64,000 nt of DNA from the human T2T-CHM13v2.0 reference genome, Homo sapiens (GCF_009914755.1 NC_060940.1); one strand, 5' to 3'; shown: positions 14,391 to 27,444, counted from the stretch's first letter. The notes: generated by a model from the sequence alone, not told the origin. Numbers and translations are program-made.

Positions 14391-15544
14391 ATTGAGATTT
14401 GTAGTATTTTGCGGGGTGAAGAGGAGGGTGAAAAGGAATGGACAAGCCTGTCAGGTCCCTGGATGGAGATTTAATGACGATGCCAAGACTATGGATCCTA
14501 GTGAGAATCCTGCATCCCCCGTGCCCTACAGCTACCAGGGAGATGAGGCACTGGGAGAGTTAGTACTCGGCTGGTGGTTTTGTGCCCTCTGGGCCTAGAA
14601 AGTATGTAATGCTGCCATCCCTGTATGCGCAGAAAGATGGTTAATGCAGCCCCACTCAGGGCAGTTTGGGGGCTTACCTGAATTTCCCCACTGGGAGCCT
14701 CTCTCCCGACTTAACCTCAACAGAGGCATCTTCTTCCAAGTGCTGCTTGTAACTCAGCCCCCAGTGCCTGAAGACACACCTTCAGCCTCTCTCCTGACGT
14801 TCCCCTGCCTTTCCAGGAGGCCCTGGAGGGAAGGACCCCACACTGGCTCTCTGCTGAGTGGCCCAGCTCTGGCCTATGGGACACGTGTGCGTTTGCCTTG
14901 CCCAGCACACGCTGGGGCTGCCACCATTCCCAGAGCAGTGCAGGCTCTTGGCGCCACCACCCAAGTGCCCTGTCAATTTCCAGGGCAGGAGTCAGAGCCC
15001 CATCTGCAGGTGACTCTGGCTTTCTCAAGACTGAGTTGACACCTGTGCTCTCAGCAAACATGTTTCTGAGCACTCTTGAACTCACTTGCTAAGCTTGGCT
15101 TGGAAAGTGTGAAGGGAGAGCTGGGGTCCGCAGCTGGAAAGACTCTCACCTCCTGCCTCTCTCCTGAACCCATTTGATGTCTCTCCTCTGGCCAAGGGGT
15201 AAATCTGCACATGTAAGTCTCATACACTTTGGCTCTTCATGGAATTGGTCCCTGTAGAAGCCGGGCCAGAAAGAATCTAGCACCCTCTTGCACTACAATT
15301 TATTGAGCCTTTACTTTGTGTCAGGCACCGTTCTAAGCAGTTTATATCTAAGATTGGATGGATTTCCACCACTCCTATTCCCATTTCGAGAAAGAGTACC
15401 CTTTCCCAAGACAGGAAAAACAGCCAGGGCCATAAAGGAGGGCCTTTTGTGACATCATCAGAAGTGGAGAAGAGGTACCCAGATCCCATTAGCAAAGTGC
15501 AGCCGAAGAGTCAAGCTAAGTTCACTGTGTCCCTTGCGGCATTG

Positions 15545-15872
15545 CCTTCCTCAGTGCTGGCTGCCATCATACAACCCCATAGCTTGTGTGGCTTAAACAG
15601 CAGACATTTATTTTCTCAGTGTTCTGGAGGCTGGAAGTCTGAGATCAGGATGCCAACATGGTCAGGTTTAGGGAGGGCTCCCTTCCTGGCTTGCAGACAG
15701 CTGCTTTCTCACTGTGTCCTCACATGGGCAGAGAGTGAGTGAGAGCAAGCTCTCTGGTGTCCCTAGTCCCTCATCGAAACTTCATTACCCCACGAAGGTC
15801 CCATCTCCAAATACCATCACGTTGGGGGTTAGGGCTCAACATATGTATTTGGGGGGACATCATCTGGTCCAT
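15545..15872. mobile_element. MLT1A-like MaLR LTR
   Basis: GGCTTAAACAGCAGACATTTATTTTCTCAGTGTTCTGGAGGCTGGAAGTCTGAGATCAGG. Confidence 0.7.
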
Positions 15873-17260
15873 AGCAGGCACTGTCCGGGTCAGAAGGCCT
15901 CCCAGGGATTTGGTCCTGAGGCTGGCTGTGGAAGGTGCCCTTGCTTCATCACCTCTGCACCTGCTCCACTGTAAGAACTGGGCAGACAGATTGGCAGCTT
16001 AGGCCAAGCAAGATAGATGGTACGGAGGCTCGACAGGAAGGTTTCTGGAGATCAGGAAGATAGGAATTAAGGAAGGTGAAGAGGAAGAAAAAGGGACTCC
16101 ATGAAGAGGAGAGGGTCTCTAAAAGCTGGAAACATAAGTGAGGAGGTGAGAACCAGTCTGAAGCACCCACCTGTTAACTGGTGGGGGCAGGAAGGTGTTA
16201 GAGGAGCTAGGGAGCTGACCAGACGGGAGGAACCCTTCCCATTCTTCATGGAGGCAGATTATCGCTGGTCTGCAACTGGCATTCTTAGAGTTAGGAATCA
16301 CTGTGTCCATTTTTCTAGACTTCTCTTATTGGTGATGATTTGACCTTTTCCTCTTGCACTAATGAGCAAGGTGGAGGAAAGAGATCTCTCTCTCTCACAC
16401 ATATACTATCTCACTCAATGCCCACCAATCCTAAGAGGCAGGAACAATTGGGTTACGCCATAGTGAACTGCCCTTCTGTAGGTCAAAATTTAAATGTAGG
16501 TGATGTCACAGAGTTTAACCTAGTATTACCATCAATGCCATTATACAGATTAGGAGACTGAGGCTTCGGAAGGTTAAGTCATTTGCTCAAGCTCACACAT
16601 TTGGTGAGTCAGGGAGCTTGGATGTGAACTGGGGCCTAACTCCCAAACCTGCTGTGGTAGGCTGCCATCCATGGAAACAGGGGTTCCTGCGGGAATGTGT
16701 AAGAGATGAGGTTGGTAAGTATGACTTTTAGATGCCAGGAGTTGACCTGTGTGGCTACCAATGGGAAGCCCCTGAAGACAGAAAGGTAGGGTAGCAAAGT
16801 AGAATCAACAGGGAAGGGATGAGGAGGCCGGAGGGTAAGTAGGCCACTGCGAGATCAGGACGAAATTTACTGGGATCGTGAGATGCTGGAAGGAAGGATC
16901 AGAGAATCTGGGACCATGCTCTGCATCTTTTTGCTGCAATAAATGGTATTGCATGAGATACCATTTATTGCCATGTGTCCTCATTGTAGTCATTTTTGTA
17001 ATTTATATGACAAGAAAAAATGACAGGGTGATTTTTACATATGTGCATACCTATTTACACACCTTCCAGATCAGGAGTGGTGATCTGAGCTCACTAGATA
17101 TGCTCAATTAGGTAATAATCAATTCAGGTCATCAAATTGATCACCCAAATCAATTTAGGAAATTGATGACCTCAATTAAGGCAAATATATACAATGAAAT
17201 ATATGCAGCTGTTAGAAAGGGCTAGATCCCATATACTAAAATGGAAAGAAAGCCCTTTGA

Positions 17261-17635
<375 letters not shown>

Positions 17636-18876
17636 AGAAAAATGGTCTTTCAATTGGAAATGTAATTCCAGAGAATAAAGAATAGAACCACACTGTAATA
17701 TGACAAGTAATAACACACACAAGCGCTAAAGGATTTTTTTTTTTTTTTTTTTTTTGCCTCCCGATATCTGAGGGGCAGGCTCCGTGGAGCCTCCAGGCTG
17801 AGAGGCTGAGACTGGCAGAGCAGGCTGGGTTCTGGATTCTGATACTCCTGGGCAGGAGTGTCTCAAAGATTGAGACATTATGTTCATTCTTTGGGGCTCC
17901 TGTTCTTGGCACTATATCTAGCACATAGTAGTTGCCTCATAAATACCCATTAAATAAGAGCAGAACTAAACACATCTGGTTAGAAATTGTTCCTAGGCAG
18001 CAAGGAACCAACACGTGGAAAATATGGGGTTTCTGGAGCAGTGTTAATGCAAGCCAGTTCCTGTAATGTACATAGTGACACCTACTGCCAATGACACGTG
18101 CTGGAGCCCTTCCACTGTTGATTTCCTATATTCACTTACCCTTGTCTTTAAGTGGATGTTGGTGGAAACTTGAGGATACATCTTTGTGCAGCAGACAGCA
18201 TTTGTAAGTAAATCTGTGTAGGCTTAGGGCCACATTGATAAAAATATATGAGAGTAAACATATACAGAAGCTGTTTTAAGAACTTCTGATGTCCTAGATG
18301 CTCTGATTTCTGGAAGCTCCATCCCACATCGTAGCAAATATATTAAAACACTCTCATATTCTCTAAATACTCTTAAATAATGTGAGTGTTAAAACAGTAG
18401 TTTCATTTGAAATTATTTGATGTTGCGGAACTCACTTTCTAATGACTATGACTTCCCGGCAATCACGGCATTAGGGAATTCATACCAAGTGATGTCTAAG
18501 TTATAGTTTCAAAATATAATGAAACATTTATCCATCAATACATTACAATTATGAAATTAACATGTTTTGGGGACCTTCATTTAAACATTTATTAATCTCA
18601 GATTTGCAGTATACTTTTTGTATTGTGCAGTCAATAAAATTTTCAGTCTCAAACATTTTCATAGGTCCCTGAAAAGCTCAACGCAAAAAACAGCCCCCAT
18701 GTGTGATTCTCTACTGGGCAATAAAAGCCAATCGCGACCCTCATTTTCCCCCCATTCCAGGGCTTCCCCAGGATAGAACGCGGAAACGCTTCTTTTTCCG
18801 TTTCCAGGGATTTCTTTCTTTTTCCAGTGTCGTTCTCCCTCTCCCCCACTTCATTTTTACAATAAATGTCAGTGCA

Positions 18877-18957
18877 CACCCAGGAGCGGGTGGTCCCACA
18901 GGGGACATCTTAACGCCCACCCAGGAGCGGCTGGTCCCACAGAGGACCTCTTAACGC
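18877..18957. repeat. 41-bp tandem duplication at the edge of the promoter
   Basis: CACCCAGGAGCGG(G/C)TGGTCCCACAG(G/A)GGAC(A/C)TCTTAACGC twice. Confidence 0.9.
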
Positions 18958-19080
18958 TGACGCTTTCTGGAGAAAAGGATTTGTGATGAAAATTTCCCCA
19001 AGGGGACCTTCTAGCGCCTAGCACCTTCGATGCTCCTGTTTCAGTCGCGGTCTCAGCGGGCAGTGGCCTCCTTTGAAGCT

Positions 19081-19090
19081 GGGATTCTCC
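19081..19090 (+). promoter_or_regulatory. NF-kB consensus site
   Basis: GGGATTCTCC fits GGGRNNYYCC, ~580 nt upstream of the TSS. Confidence 0.5.
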
Positions 19091-19522
19091 TGCCCCTCCC
19101 GGGCAGCGCAGGCCACCGGTGACCCGGGACGGTCTGTAAACGACCTTCGCGTCCCCGTCCCCGTGGAATAACGCGCGGCGGGCATCACTGCCCAATATCC
19201 AGCGCTCGTGAAGGCGGAGACCGGCGGGGCAGCTAGTTTCTGGCTGTGGATTCTGATTAATGGGCCGCAGGCGCACGGTCTGCACCGTCCGGCTCGTTGC
19301 TAGTGGCTCGCTCGGGAGCCGCCGCACTCCCGGGGCTGTCCGCCCGAGCCGGCCTGGAAGGCGGAGGACGCCTCCAGGTCGCTCCGCGGGGCCTCCGGAA
19401 TTCCTGGGAAAGCCCCCCTGCAGCGCCGCCCCTGGACCCCAGGTGTGAGGAGCGGGGCTCGGCCAGCGGCTCCAGAAGAGGCCCGGACCCCACTGCCGTG
19501 GCTGCCGGGGGCGGGAAAGTGA

Positions 19523-19533
19523 TTTCTCGGAAA
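19523..19533. promoter_or_regulatory. GAS / palindromic IFN-gamma response element (STAT1 site)
   Basis: TTTCTCGGAAA (TTC-N3-GAA) ~130 nt upstream of exon 1. IRF8 induction by IFN-gamma through a proximal GAS is established. Confidence 0.9.
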
Positions 19534-19659
19534 GCAGAGCACTTCGAAGAAGGCGGGCCGCGCGAGCCAAGCTGACGCTATTGGTCGGTGTGGCCGTCGC
19601 TCTGCGCACCGCCCGTCCCCCCCACGACCCTTTTTAAGGCCGCGCGACCGCTGGCGCAT

Positions 19660-19722
19660 CGCCTGGAGCGCGGCAGCAAGCGTGGGAACGCGGGCGGCGA
19701 GACGGCGGCAGGACGGCGGCAG
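19660..19722 (+). other. IRF8: IRF8 exon 1 (non-coding 5' UTR); 5' end approximate
   Basis: Ends GGACGGCGGCAG|GTAGGC (donor). Joins G-ATG of exon 2 to give context CAGG-ATG. Confidence 0.9.
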
Positions 19723-21844
19723 GTAGGCACAGTGGGCGGGTAGGGCGCCCGTGTCCCGCGCGGTCCGGTCCCGCGGGGTCCCCGACGCCAGGCGGGGCGT
19801 GGGGGTGGAACTACCTACCGTAATGTCCCCGGGCGCAGCTCAGTGGCCACCCGTGTCCCTCTCTGCTTTTTGCCTATTTTCCAGCCACCTAAGTCCAATC
19901 TGAATGCCCAAGTCGTTGATTGTCGTTTGCCTGTTTCCAAAGATTGGTAGATAGATGCCTTTTTAAAAATCTCATTTTTCTTTAAATCTGGTTTACATGG
20001 AAAACGTTAGGAGAGCTCATATAATGAACGGCAATAGCAACCCCCTATCTTGAAACGCGCTCTATCATCCCACTGAAATTCTACCACGTGGAATAATGCT
20101 TGGAGGGTCAGAGTTGTGGAACTGCCCAATAACCAGTCGTTACTGAGGGTTAGTTTGTGAAGGAGGGGACAGACTGCTTCTAAAATTCTGTTTAATGACA
20201 GTCAATTAAGATTTCTGAGTCTGGCTTGAGGGCCTTTGCTTCCATCACAGCCCAGTCGTCCTTGGCAAGAGAGTCTGTATATGGGCCACAGCTCACAAAA
20301 GCATTGTTTGAAAAAATTTATTGAAAGAACATTGTTTGTAAAATGAGTCCCAATACATAGGACAGACTTTCCTAAGGTGAGATGTGTTACTTACCCAGAG
20401 CTGTGAAAGGCTTTACGGATGGAAACTAGAGACTGAATTTTCCAGAATTTTAAGAAGTCTCCCCAACCAATGGCCCCCCACTTTCTTTTTTTAAACCAAA
20501 GGTAAGAACTGGTAGTTAAAATGACAGTTCAAAGCTTGTCCTTTTGGGTTACGGCAGCTTCCTCTATGAAAAGATTTGGGAGTGATTCAGTCACTTGAGG
20601 AAGGTTGGTGCCAGAGAGAGAAATGGCTTTGGTGCTTTCTGGTCTAGTGATGCGGGTATGCTAGGCCAGAGCGAGTGCCCTGGGCCCTCCGAGGCGGGGG
20701 AGAGGGTGGGGTCTGCTGCTGCCAGCTCAGGTGTGACCTGTAATCTGGATTAGGTGGGCCCAGGGCAACCTCTTATCACGTCCCTCCTGGAAAGCCTGAC
20801 TGCTGTATACATTTCTAGGGCTGCAGATAGGGCTTGGCCAATAGATTACCTCAAAATCAAGAAGAGGAAGTTATAAACATGTGATTAGACTTATTAATTT
20901 TTCCTGGCTGGGCATTTGGTGGAATTCGTTTGTTAATGTTTAATAAATCATTATGGATCATAACTGTAGTAGAATCTCAGGCTTTTGATGTTACTTAGAA
21001 TCTTGGAGGAGACCACGAAGGACACACAGACGTGGCTGCACATGTGCAGAGATCTTGTAATGTAACTATGGCTTTTCTCTGCACCATGTGTGAAATAAGC
21101 TGCCGCTGGCGTTGGGACGCCGGCCTGGGTTCCAACACAGTCCGCTGGCTGCCTCGGTATTTGCCGTGCCTCTCTGGGCCTCAGTTTTTCCTCTCTTAAA
21201 TAAAGAGGGGACTGGATTAGATGATTTCTAAAGTATTTTCCAGCTTTCAGATGCTATGACTTACTCTTCTCTTTTTCCTTTTAAAATTTCTTTTTCCTGT
21301 AAATCACCAAGATAGTTGTCCTGAACAGTTTAGATGTTATGAATCCATTAGGAATCCTGATAAGAAAGTGTTGACCCTCTTTCTAGAAAAATGCGTGTAC
21401 TAACAAAATTTTGCTTTTGGTTGCAGGAGGCTCAGGAACTGTGGATTCTAGTTTAAGAAACTTGTAGCAAGGAAATCAGGGGAGTTGAAAGTCTCAGAAG
21501 CCAACCCCTATGTTGTGTTCTGGCCACCTCTGTGCAGCTCATTCCTCAATCTAGGAGAAATTTTTCTACCTTGCCCCAGGAAAGAGCTGCTAACTTGTTT
21601 TCGGGGAGTGTGGGGGGGTCTTTGGTATTGGTGTTCCATTTCTCTTCTCAGGTACCCTCTCCCAAGTCTGTCCCTTCTTTATGATAAACACAGTGGCCTG
21701 CTTTAGAATTCTGGGTCTCTTGAGATACAGCCTCTCAACTTACAGGTGAGGAAGCCTCAGGGAGAGGTTCAAGTGACGTCACAAGGTCTGGTTAGAGAAA
21801 AGCCTTTGCCAGAGTTCAGAGTTTTCAAACCAAGGTCTAATTTG

Positions 21845-22130
21845 GGTGGGCGCAGTGGCTCACACCTGTAATCACAGCACTTTAGGAGGCTGATGTGGGA
21901 GGATCACTTGAGGCCGAGAGTTCAAGACCAGACTGGGCAACATAGCGAGATCCTGTCTCTAAAATGTATATCTGGGTGTGGTGGCATATGTCTGTAGTTC
22001 CAGGTACTCAAGGGGCTGAGGCAGGAAGATCGCTTAAGCCCAGGAGTTCCAGGCTGCCGCGAGCTATGATGGCACCACTGCACTCCTGCCTGGGTGACAG
22101 AGCAAGACCCTGTCTCTAAAGAAAAAAAAA
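21845..22130 (+). mobile_element. AluJ in intron 1
   Basis: GGGCGCAGTGGCTCACACCTGTAATC...A tail. Confidence 0.88.
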
Positions 22131-23359
22131 TTGAACTCATCCCCTTTTAAATCCATAAACGCACAACTGAGGTTGTTGGATGGGGAATTTAAGAAATCCC
22201 ACCTCCTCCTCCCTGGGACCTGGCCCTGTTTCCCGTCTCATGGCCACCTGCAGGGTGGCTGAAGTTTCCAGAATGCGTACTTCTTGTGAAGGTTCTGATT
22301 GATATTTTGCTTTCTGGACCAGTGTGGCTCTACCATATTTTGGGATGTTATGTCTTGTTACTGCTGATTGTTTCAAACTCGTTTGCCCAAAGAGGTCACA
22401 TTTTAATCAGAAGAACAAAAATGCTATTTTTTTTTTTTTTTGGGTGGGCGTCTATCCAGCTGTCTTGGGGATTTCCAGCACTGTTCTTGGAAATGTTGGC
22501 TCTAAGTCGATAGGTCATGCTAGTTCTCTCTCTCTTTCTCTGTGCTGTTGGGGAAGCTGTCTGCTTGGGTGAGAGTGTTCTTCCAAAGGATGTCTTTGGG
22601 TGCCCTGGGATGGTTAGGTCCCTAGAGTGGGACATGTTCTGGAAGAGGAGCCCAGTGAACTTTGCCCTGTTCGGTAGCTGCAGTTTATTTCCTCACTCTT
22701 GTCCCTATCTTTCAGTTGGTCGTAGGAGTTGCCCAGGAAGGAAGTTTGGATAATAATAATGACATCTGGCATGTAAGGTCCAGGCCCTGTCTCAGTTGCT
22801 TTCCGTGTAGCATCTGAATTCTCTTACAACCAGTACAGGTAGTGTTTTGTTAGCTGCATCTGGGACTGGGTAGCTGATGCCCTGAGTTTAAATGCTGATC
22901 CAGCGTCTCCCAGCTGAGCGGTGGCGGGACTTGAATGAGATCGCGGTTCTGTCTCATTCTCAAACTGCTGCTCTTATCACTGTGAAGGAACAGCTATTTA
23001 GATGGGCTGGCCTGAGGGCCTCCTCTTTCCCAGACGGCACGGACGCAGTATTCTATCAGGGAATGTGGGGCCAGCTGGGCATCTGGTAGCCCAGTTGGTT
23101 CTTCGGATAATGGGCTGCTCAGTGAAGGAACCTGGTGCTGTAAAAGTGATTCCCCCTCTCCTTCCAGTCTTGGGCTAAAACTGGAGCTGTTCACTGTGGT
23201 TGTATCTGCCTGAAAGGAAAGGGCAGATGAAAGCTGGAAGGAGCACAGCCAGCACAGTGGGAGGGGCCTGCAGGGGGCTGCTGGTGGCTGCAGGTTTCCC
23301 ACGGAGCTTTCAGTTTGCACTCAGGGCTGTGAGGTCATGGAGGCCAGCATTGCCTTCTC

Positions 23360-23388
23360 ATGGCAGGTGTCCCGGAGTCCCTGAATCT
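23360..23388 (+). CDS. IRF8: Alternative 5' exon coding segment MAGVPESLNL (10-aa N-terminal extension of IRF8)
   Basis: ATG 23360, 29 nt to donor CT|GTGGGT; with the first G of exon 2 it is in frame with Met1. Consistent with my recollection of an annotated 436-aa isoform. Confidence 0.6.
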
Positions 23389-23514
23389 GTGGGTTTCCCC
23401 CAAGCCAGCACCTTTGCTGCAAACCTCTGAGTTTCCTGTTAGCAGTTTTTGGGTTGCTGTGATGAATGAGACAATATCCGTAATATCACAGCGTGTATTT
23501 CTGTCTTTCCAAGG

Positions 23515-23688
23515 ATGTGTGACCGGAATGGTGGTCGGCGGCTTCGACAGTGGCTGATCGAGCAGATTGACAGTAGCATGTATCCAGGACTGATTTGGGA
23601 GAATGAGGAGAAGAGCATGTTCCGGATCCCTTGGAAACACGCTGGCAAGCAAGATTATAATCAGGAAGTGGATGCCTCCATTTTTAAG
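23515..23688 (+). CDS. IRF8: IRF8 exon 2 CDS (aa 1-58, DNA-binding domain)
   Basis: Acceptor TTTCCAAG|G at 23513/23514, ATG 23515, MCDRNGG...DASIFK, donor AAG|GTAAAG. Confidence 0.98.
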
Positions 23689-25439
23689 GTAAAGAGCCCA
23701 GCTCCCTTCCCCACTGTGGGCACAGTGTCTCCTTTCCCTCATGGACTAGTGGAGATGTTGAGTGACATCTTTCTCATTTACTTAAAAATTAATCCAGTTT
23801 TTTAAAAGCAAACATTGGTTCAGGAGTGCTGAATGTGTCTCAGACATGTACATGAGCTGATTTCACATCTTTTGAATTACGGAGTCACTTTTGTGGTCGC
23901 TTGTATTCTGATGAGGAGATCGAAGGCTCTTTTCTTCTCTTTTCTGCTGCTTCCTTTTCCTGATGAGCCAAGTGGGAGAAAATACTTCGAGACCTTCACG
24001 CTAAGACCTTTCCCCACGGGCTTCCATTAGAGGCGATGCATATACCAGGGAAGGTTTCAGTCCTTGTTCTTTCAAAGCTGATACTTCTGCCTGGCATTGT
24101 AGGGCCAGCTCAGGAGGGTGAGATGCCATCTGTCATTCCTTTGGGGGCTGGGCCGTGTGGGGGGTTGTGAACCTGCAGCAGATGTCTAAAAATAGTCTCA
24201 CCTCCCTTGAGAGTAATCGGTTCCCCATGCGTGGAGAGACGTGATGGAGGGTTTGTTCTGTGCCAGGCCTGGCCCACGGCTTGTTTTCTGCTCACATGAT
24301 CCTGTGTGGTAGATGCTGTTCCCACCCTCATTCTATAGAGGCACTGAGAGGAGAAGTGACTTGTTGAGGTCTCACAGCTCTTGTATGACGGAGCCAGCAT
24401 TCAGATGCAAGATGGCCCAACTGTGAACCCTTGGTCCTAACTCCAGAATAGCTGATCAACAGAGATTTCTTGCCATTACACCTAGATTCAGACAGAGGAA
24501 CCAGGAATTAGGGCAGCCCAGCTCTGCAGACCAGCTGGGCTATCGAATCCCTTGTGGGTCATCAGAGTCCTGTGTGGGCATCTCTAAGGCTCCAGATGTC
24601 CAGGTTTCACCTCTGGGAGATTCGGAGCCCAAGGTCAAGGTCAAGCTAGACTTCCACGTTTGCCAGTGTGGACACTACACGTAGTCTGAGTCCTAGCCCA
24701 GGTTATAAGCCATTGCCATGTGTGCTTATTCTCTTGCATTTGGGGGCCAGAGATGGGGAGGGGAGAGTGAGTGTGGGAGAGGGGTGAAAGGGGCTGAGTT
24801 GTTGGGGGCCAGAATCAGACCTGAGACCACAAACAAGGTGTGGAGGGGGTCAAGGCTGTAGGAGCCCATGACAGTGCTGGACTCCCAGCCACAGATGACT
24901 GTCCCCTGACACCAGAGAACAAAAATGACAAAAGATCACACCTTAACCCCAGAGTGGACCATAAATAGGTCAAAGGTAGCTTAAGATGCATTTTGGTCCT
25001 GCACGTCTCTGCCTGACCGATGTTTGCAGTGGGGCTGTGCGTTTCAGTAATTCTGTTAAATCTGCAATTTGAGGTTGCTGATCTTCTTGAGAATCTGATG
25101 CCCATTACTGACCACGCCAAGGAATATGGGGACAAGGGAACGCTTTGCACTCACTTTCGAGGGGTCCCTTGGTGCCCCCACACGTTCCAGATTCTTTCTG
25201 ATCAAGGACCCCAGGTCAGGGAGCCTCAGCACCAAGAAGTTTTGTGATGCCACTGCCTGCCTCCTCACCCTTAGTGCCATTGTGGATTTCTCTCTTGTTT
25301 GATTGCAGATCTTTTTTTTTTTTTTTTTTTTGCCTTTGGCATCATGGTGAACTTCTCTTGGGAAGGACTGCAAATGTAAACAGTGCCAGAGTCCCATTCA
25401 GTCGGTTGGGAACTCTGCATTATAGATAACCCCAAAAGC

Positions 25440-25658
25440 CGGAATTTCTCTGCCTCGCCACTGTTGATGTCTGGGTCTGGGCAATTCTTTGTTGTAAGGG
25501 TTCCCTATGCCTTGTGGGATGTTTAGTGGCATCTCTGACCTCTACCCACCAGATGCCAGTAGCATCCCCTCCCCTACTGTCACAATCAAAAATGTCTTGG
25601 ACATTGCCAAATATCTCCTGGTGGGGCAGAGTCTTCCCCTCCCCATTAAGAACCCTGA
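25440..25658. mobile_element. MER20 (hAT-Charlie DNA transposon)
   Basis: GGATGTTTAGTGGCATC...CCAGATGCCAGTAGCA...CAAAAATGTCTTGGACATTGCCAAAT. Confidence 0.75.
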
Positions 25659-27221
25659 TAAGAGCTGGCCACTGCCAGGATCAACAGACTTAACCAGAGG
25701 TGTTGGGTGCTGAAGGCACAGTTGCAGGTTGGACATCAGTAAAACATCTTTAAGACATGGCAGAGGGTGCTGGACTAGGCTGTGTAGCCCTGACATGTGG
25801 CATGCTGACGGAGACGAAGCTTCTCCCTTCACCCCATTCCCTACTTCAACTTGTGCTCGGGGGGTAATGAAATAAAGCCCCAGATTTATACATCTTATGC
25901 AATGTTCTTCATGGCCGTTTCAACAGTGTTGAGAAAAATGTGCAAGATTCCCAATGTTTCCGTTGGTTACGCAGTCGCCTGATGTGGCAATCTGAAATGA
26001 GTCTACCATCTCAGCAGGAATGGGGCCAGGAGGGAGACGCGGGTGCCCACTGGAGCAGGGAGGCCATCGGGAGGGCCACCAGTGCCGGTGGAGACATGGC
26101 GCCAGCAAGAGCCCATCATGTGCTTCCCTGAGCTATGCTTCTTCCCATCCATCCTCTGAGAGGCCTGTCTCTGTGACGTTGGCCGGATAGATCTTTGGCT
26201 GTTGGATGAAGTCAACCTCGGTCAGGTAGAGCCATCTTAGGGATTTTCCGGTTATGTAGACACTTGTTTCTTTCAACTGTTCAAAGAAAACCTTTCAACA
26301 ATTTAGGAGTTAAGAAAGAAATTTATGAGTTTGGTTTCTTCCGTAATAAGTGGATGGTAAAAGGGGCCACTTATACCAGAAAATCCCTCATTGTCTGCAG
26401 GCATCATCCTGAGGCCGGCCTCATGGTATAGATCACAGAAGAGAAATTGAAAAAACATTGAGCTCATTTTGTACCGACCCTGAGTACACTGATGAGGCCC
26501 TGATAGCAACTCATTTAATTTTTAAAAAGTACTTTACCTTCTTGACATGACGACAAGGGGGGAAAATCTAGTTAAGTGAGGATTATGATTCATGGTTATT
26601 CCAGGCATCGTAACAGTCCTGAATGAGTTAAAGCTCACTTAGTAGCACAGATATTTCTCATTCAGCAGGCCTTGAAGGGAAAAATAGCATTTAATTAAAA
26701 AAATGCAACATGAAACAATCATATTAAATTAGGAAGACCTCCTGGTCTTAGTTCAGTGCTGTCAGCCTGAGTTGTGCGTCAACAGGAGAAATAAGTTATG
26801 GTGGAGGCTGAATGAGCCATAGTGACTGTTGCTGGCGGCAGGGGTGGGGGGGCCCTGAAATCACTCTCATGTCTAGTTTTTGCTCTAGCTCAAGAAGGAT
26901 CTCGAGAGATCATCAAGCTAAGTTGACCTTTTAATGCTGGCCAGAGAGGCTGGGAGAGGGCCAGGTGCCTGCTGTGTCACAGAGTTCAGGGCAGGCGGCA
27001 AGCCAGGTACCCGATGGTGGCCCTGGATGCTTCCTGGCCGTGGGCCCTGCTGTGATGGATGATGTGGCCTGGACTTGCTCGTGGGGTGAGTGTGAGCTTG
27101 GCGTGAACGAGTGAGTATGGCAGTGCCTTGCAGGCACCGCGGTTGCGTATGTGTACCAGCGGATCACAACGTTGCCATGAAATCTGTGCATTTCAAGGCC
27201 CGTTTGGGATGTGGGTTAACT

Positions 27222-27444
27222 CAGTGGTTCTCAGGTGGGGGAGGTATCATGATTTACCCTCCAGGGAATACTTGGCCATGTTTGGAGACCTTTTTTGGTT
27301 GTCACAGCTAGGGGAGGGGTGCTATTGGCATCTGGTGGGTCAAGGCTAGGGATGCCGCTGAATATTCTACAATCCACAGGACCACCCCGCCACAAAGAAG
27401 GGTCCCAGCTGATATGTCAGGCTTGCCACGGTGGGGAAACCCTG
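27222..27444. mobile_element. MER20
   Basis: CAGTGGTTCTCA...GGAGACCTTTTTTGGTTGTCACA...GCTATTGGCATCT. Confidence 0.75.

Larger units (their letters stand above)
18990..19860. promoter_or_regulatory. IRF8: CpG island / IRF8 promoter
   Basis: Dense CpG and high GC against a CpG-poor background. Contains GC boxes, an inverted CCAAT (ATTGG 19580-19584) and a TATA-like TTTTTAA at 19631, ~30 nt before the inferred TSS. Confidence 0.93.

Noticed and set aside
18869-19609. 246-aa antisense ORF over the promoter
   Set aside because: Non-ATG start, low-complexity R/P/G/A composition, no recognisable domain; expected from stop-codon scarcity in a CpG island.
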